From Mobula birostris (lineage: Eukaryota): a DNA stretch of 64,000 bases. Below, in pieces: positions 61,937 through 64,000 of this stretch (positions within the stretch are counted from its first letter, which is position 1; every line of letters starts with the position of its first letter). The position numbers and the translations under genes are program-made. The DNA is taken from NCBI RefSeq assembly GCF_030028105.1, contig NC_092377.1:22440782-22504781 (forward strand), written 5' to 3'. The notes under the pieces were generated by a model. It saw only the letters and a program-made list of their open reading frames with translations. It did no database searches and was not told the origin of the DNA.

Positions 61937-62256
61937 GTCAGTAGTCACAGCGCCAGCCCAGCCCAGGCCATATCAGATACGTACACGGCAGGAAATCTTA
62001 CCACGGTATTCCTCTGTCAAAATCTATCACATATATTAACTGCTAAAAATTTATAAACATTTTACATTCCGAAATAGATAGGTTAACTCGCTCTTTTTTT
62101 CTGTCAGACCGACGCTCTTTACCTAGCGATTAGGACCTGTGATAGTGATTGGCTGGTTGGGAGAGTGAAAGGTCAGAGGTCAATAAAGAGGGGAGTCCCA
62201 ATGCTGCGAAGTGGTGATAGAATTTTGTCCTGTGTAGGGTGATTAAATTGAACGGG
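61937..62256. promoter_or_regulatory. Bidirectional promoter CEBPZ / NDUFAF7
   Basis: 320 bp between divergent ATGs. Reverse CCAAT box (GATTGGCT, about 62147), ETS-like CAGGAAA (about 61989), adjacent CpG-rich exon 1. Confidence 0.75.
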
Positions 62257-62329
62257 ATGAAATTCCAAGTGGGTCTGAAGTGTCTCTCTGAATGCATTTC
62301 TAATGCTATTGCCAGAAAACACTTTCCAG
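62257..62329 (+). CDS. NDUFAF7: NDUFAF7 probable coding exon 1
   Basis: MKFQVGLKCLSECISNAIARKHFP, donor CAG|GTACGG, phase 1 matches the next exon. Poorly conserved presequence, so start is less certain. Confidence 0.65.
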
Positions 62330-62569
62330 GTACGGTGGAAGAAGCCAGCTGATTTCAGAGTTATCAAAATCAGTTAGGTCTTTCAATCAGATAACAACGT
62401 TATGAATTTTGTTAGGCAGTCGTTGCATACTCTGCGCGTATTTGCATCCAGTTACCCAAGATAGATTTTTTTGCCCTTTTTTTATAAATTGCAGTCTATG
62501 AATTTGACTTTGTAAAATGGATGTGTGTAACTGGAAAATCGCTTCTGTTTTATATTGCATTTCTTTCAG

Positions 62570-62745
62570 ATTCTGGAGGTTTATGTGCTGGTCAGTTGAT
62601 GAGGTCGTGCTCCACAACTTCAAAAAGCACAAAAAAACATGATAATGGTAGACTGATGCGAAAGCATCTAATTGCAAAAATAAAGTCAACAGGCCCAATC
62701 TCTGTTGCAGAATACATGAGAGAAGTTTTAACGAATCCTGTCGCA
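62570..62745 (+). CDS. NDUFAF7: NDUFAF7 coding exon 2 (complex I assembly arginine methyltransferase, MidA family)
   Basis: ..MRKHLIAKIKSTGPISVAEYMREVLTNPVA, tttcAG acceptor, GTACGT donor. Confidence 0.93.
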
Positions 62746-62873
62746 GTACGTAAATCATTTTTGACTGTTTCAAAATTGCTACTTTTAGATTAGGCTGAAA
62801 TTTTGCCTCCTTTTGATACCATACTGGGGCTGGCTGCTATTATAATTTCAGCACTGCATACATTATCATTTAA

Positions 62874-63029
<156 letters not shown>

Positions 63030-63307
63030 TAAATCATCATTTGATTTTATCTTGTCTCAAAGCACTTTACATCTGGTGAAGTACTTTTGATACGTACTGT
63101 AATAATGTGGGAATAAATTTGTGTATAATCATAATTACTTGAAAAGTAAACTGTGTTCTTATAGTCACGGTGATTTGGTAGATTGGATTCAGATTTGGCT
63201 TGAGAAGGCAAAGGGTAGTCATAGAGTGGGGTTTCTCAGAATGGAGGTCTGACCGATTGTTTTCCTTGGGTGCCAACGCTGGAATCTCTGTTGTTTGTGA
63301 TACAGTA

Positions 63308-63468
63308 CATACACGAGATTCTGTAGACGCAGGAAATCTTGAGAAGCAGAAAAAAATGCTGGAGAGACTCGGCAAATCAGGCAGCATCTATAGAAGGGAA
63401 TAAACAGTTAATGTTTTGGGCTGAGGCCCTTATCAGGACAGGACAGGAAAGGAAGGGGACAGAAGGCA
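63308..63468 (-). mobile_element. Degenerate Penelope tail fragment
   Basis: Minus strand GTCCTGATAAGGGCCTCAGCCCAAAACATTAACT plus tail. Confidence 0.65.
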
Positions 63469-63539
63469 GAGTTTGCATATGTTTGTGTTTTACATGAATG
63501 ATTTGAATGAAAATGTAGACAAGCTGATTAGTAAGTTTA

Positions 63540-64000
63540 GAATATAGAATAGTACAGCACAGTACAGGCCCTTCGGCCCACAATGTTGTGCCGACCCTCA
63601 AACCCTGCCTCCCATATAACCCCCCAACTTAAATTCCTCCATATACCTGTCTAGTAGTCTCTTAAATTTCACTAGTGTATCTGCCTCCACCACTGACTCA
63701 GGCAGTGCATTCCATGCGCCAACCACTCTCTGAGTAAAAAACCTTCCTCTCATATCCCCCTTGAACTTCCCACCCCTTACTTTAAAGCCATGTCCTCTTG
63801 TATTGAGCAGTGGTGCCCTGGGGAAGAGGTGCTGGCTATCCACTCTATCTATTCCTCTTATTATCTTGTACACCTCTATCATGTCTCCTCTCATCCTCCC
63901 TCTTTCCAAAGAGTAAAGCCCTAGCTCCCTTAATCGCTGATCATAATCCATACTCTCTAAACCAGGCAGCATCCTGGTAAATCTCCTCTGTACCCTTCCC
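63540..64000 (-). mobile_element. Young CR1 LINE 3' end
   Basis: Uninterrupted MLPGLESMDYDQRLRELGLYSLERGRMRGDMIEVYKII...KFKRLLDRYM and (ATTCT) tail. Confidence 0.9.

Noticed and set aside
62201-62238. ATG 62201 as NDUFAF7 start
   Set aside because: The only nearby donor gives phase 2, incompatible with phase-1 exon 2, and the unspliced frame stops at 62242.

Overview
This is eukaryotic, intron-rich vertebrate DNA, most likely from a cartilaginous fish (an inference from the repeat landscape: abundant Penelope-like, CR1, RTE, Rex1 and V-/Deu-type SINEs). Four protein-coding genes were read by hand from splice sites and reading phase. (1) An unidentified minus-strand gene with first coding exon 15382-15556 and probable next exon 9980-10017, running off the left edge. 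(2) CEBPZOS (+), 3 coding exons, 82 aa. (3) Complete CEBPZ (-), 16 coding exons, 3207 nt / 1068 aa, all phases consistent. (4) The first three coding exons of NDUFAF7 (+). The genes form two head-to-head pairs and one tightly convergent pair whose stop codons are 68 bp apart. Introns are packed with nested transposons, many with resolvable target-site duplications (TSDs). The most striking non-genic signal is a dispersed set of minimal hammerhead-ribozyme motifs (CTGANGA...GAAA-C-GTC) carried by Penelope-like retroelements, several of which inserted as inverted-arm units or as tiny ribozyme-tail fragments. Most short ORFs in the supplied track are transposon debris. Repeat boundaries without a TSD are approximate, and no database searches were run.
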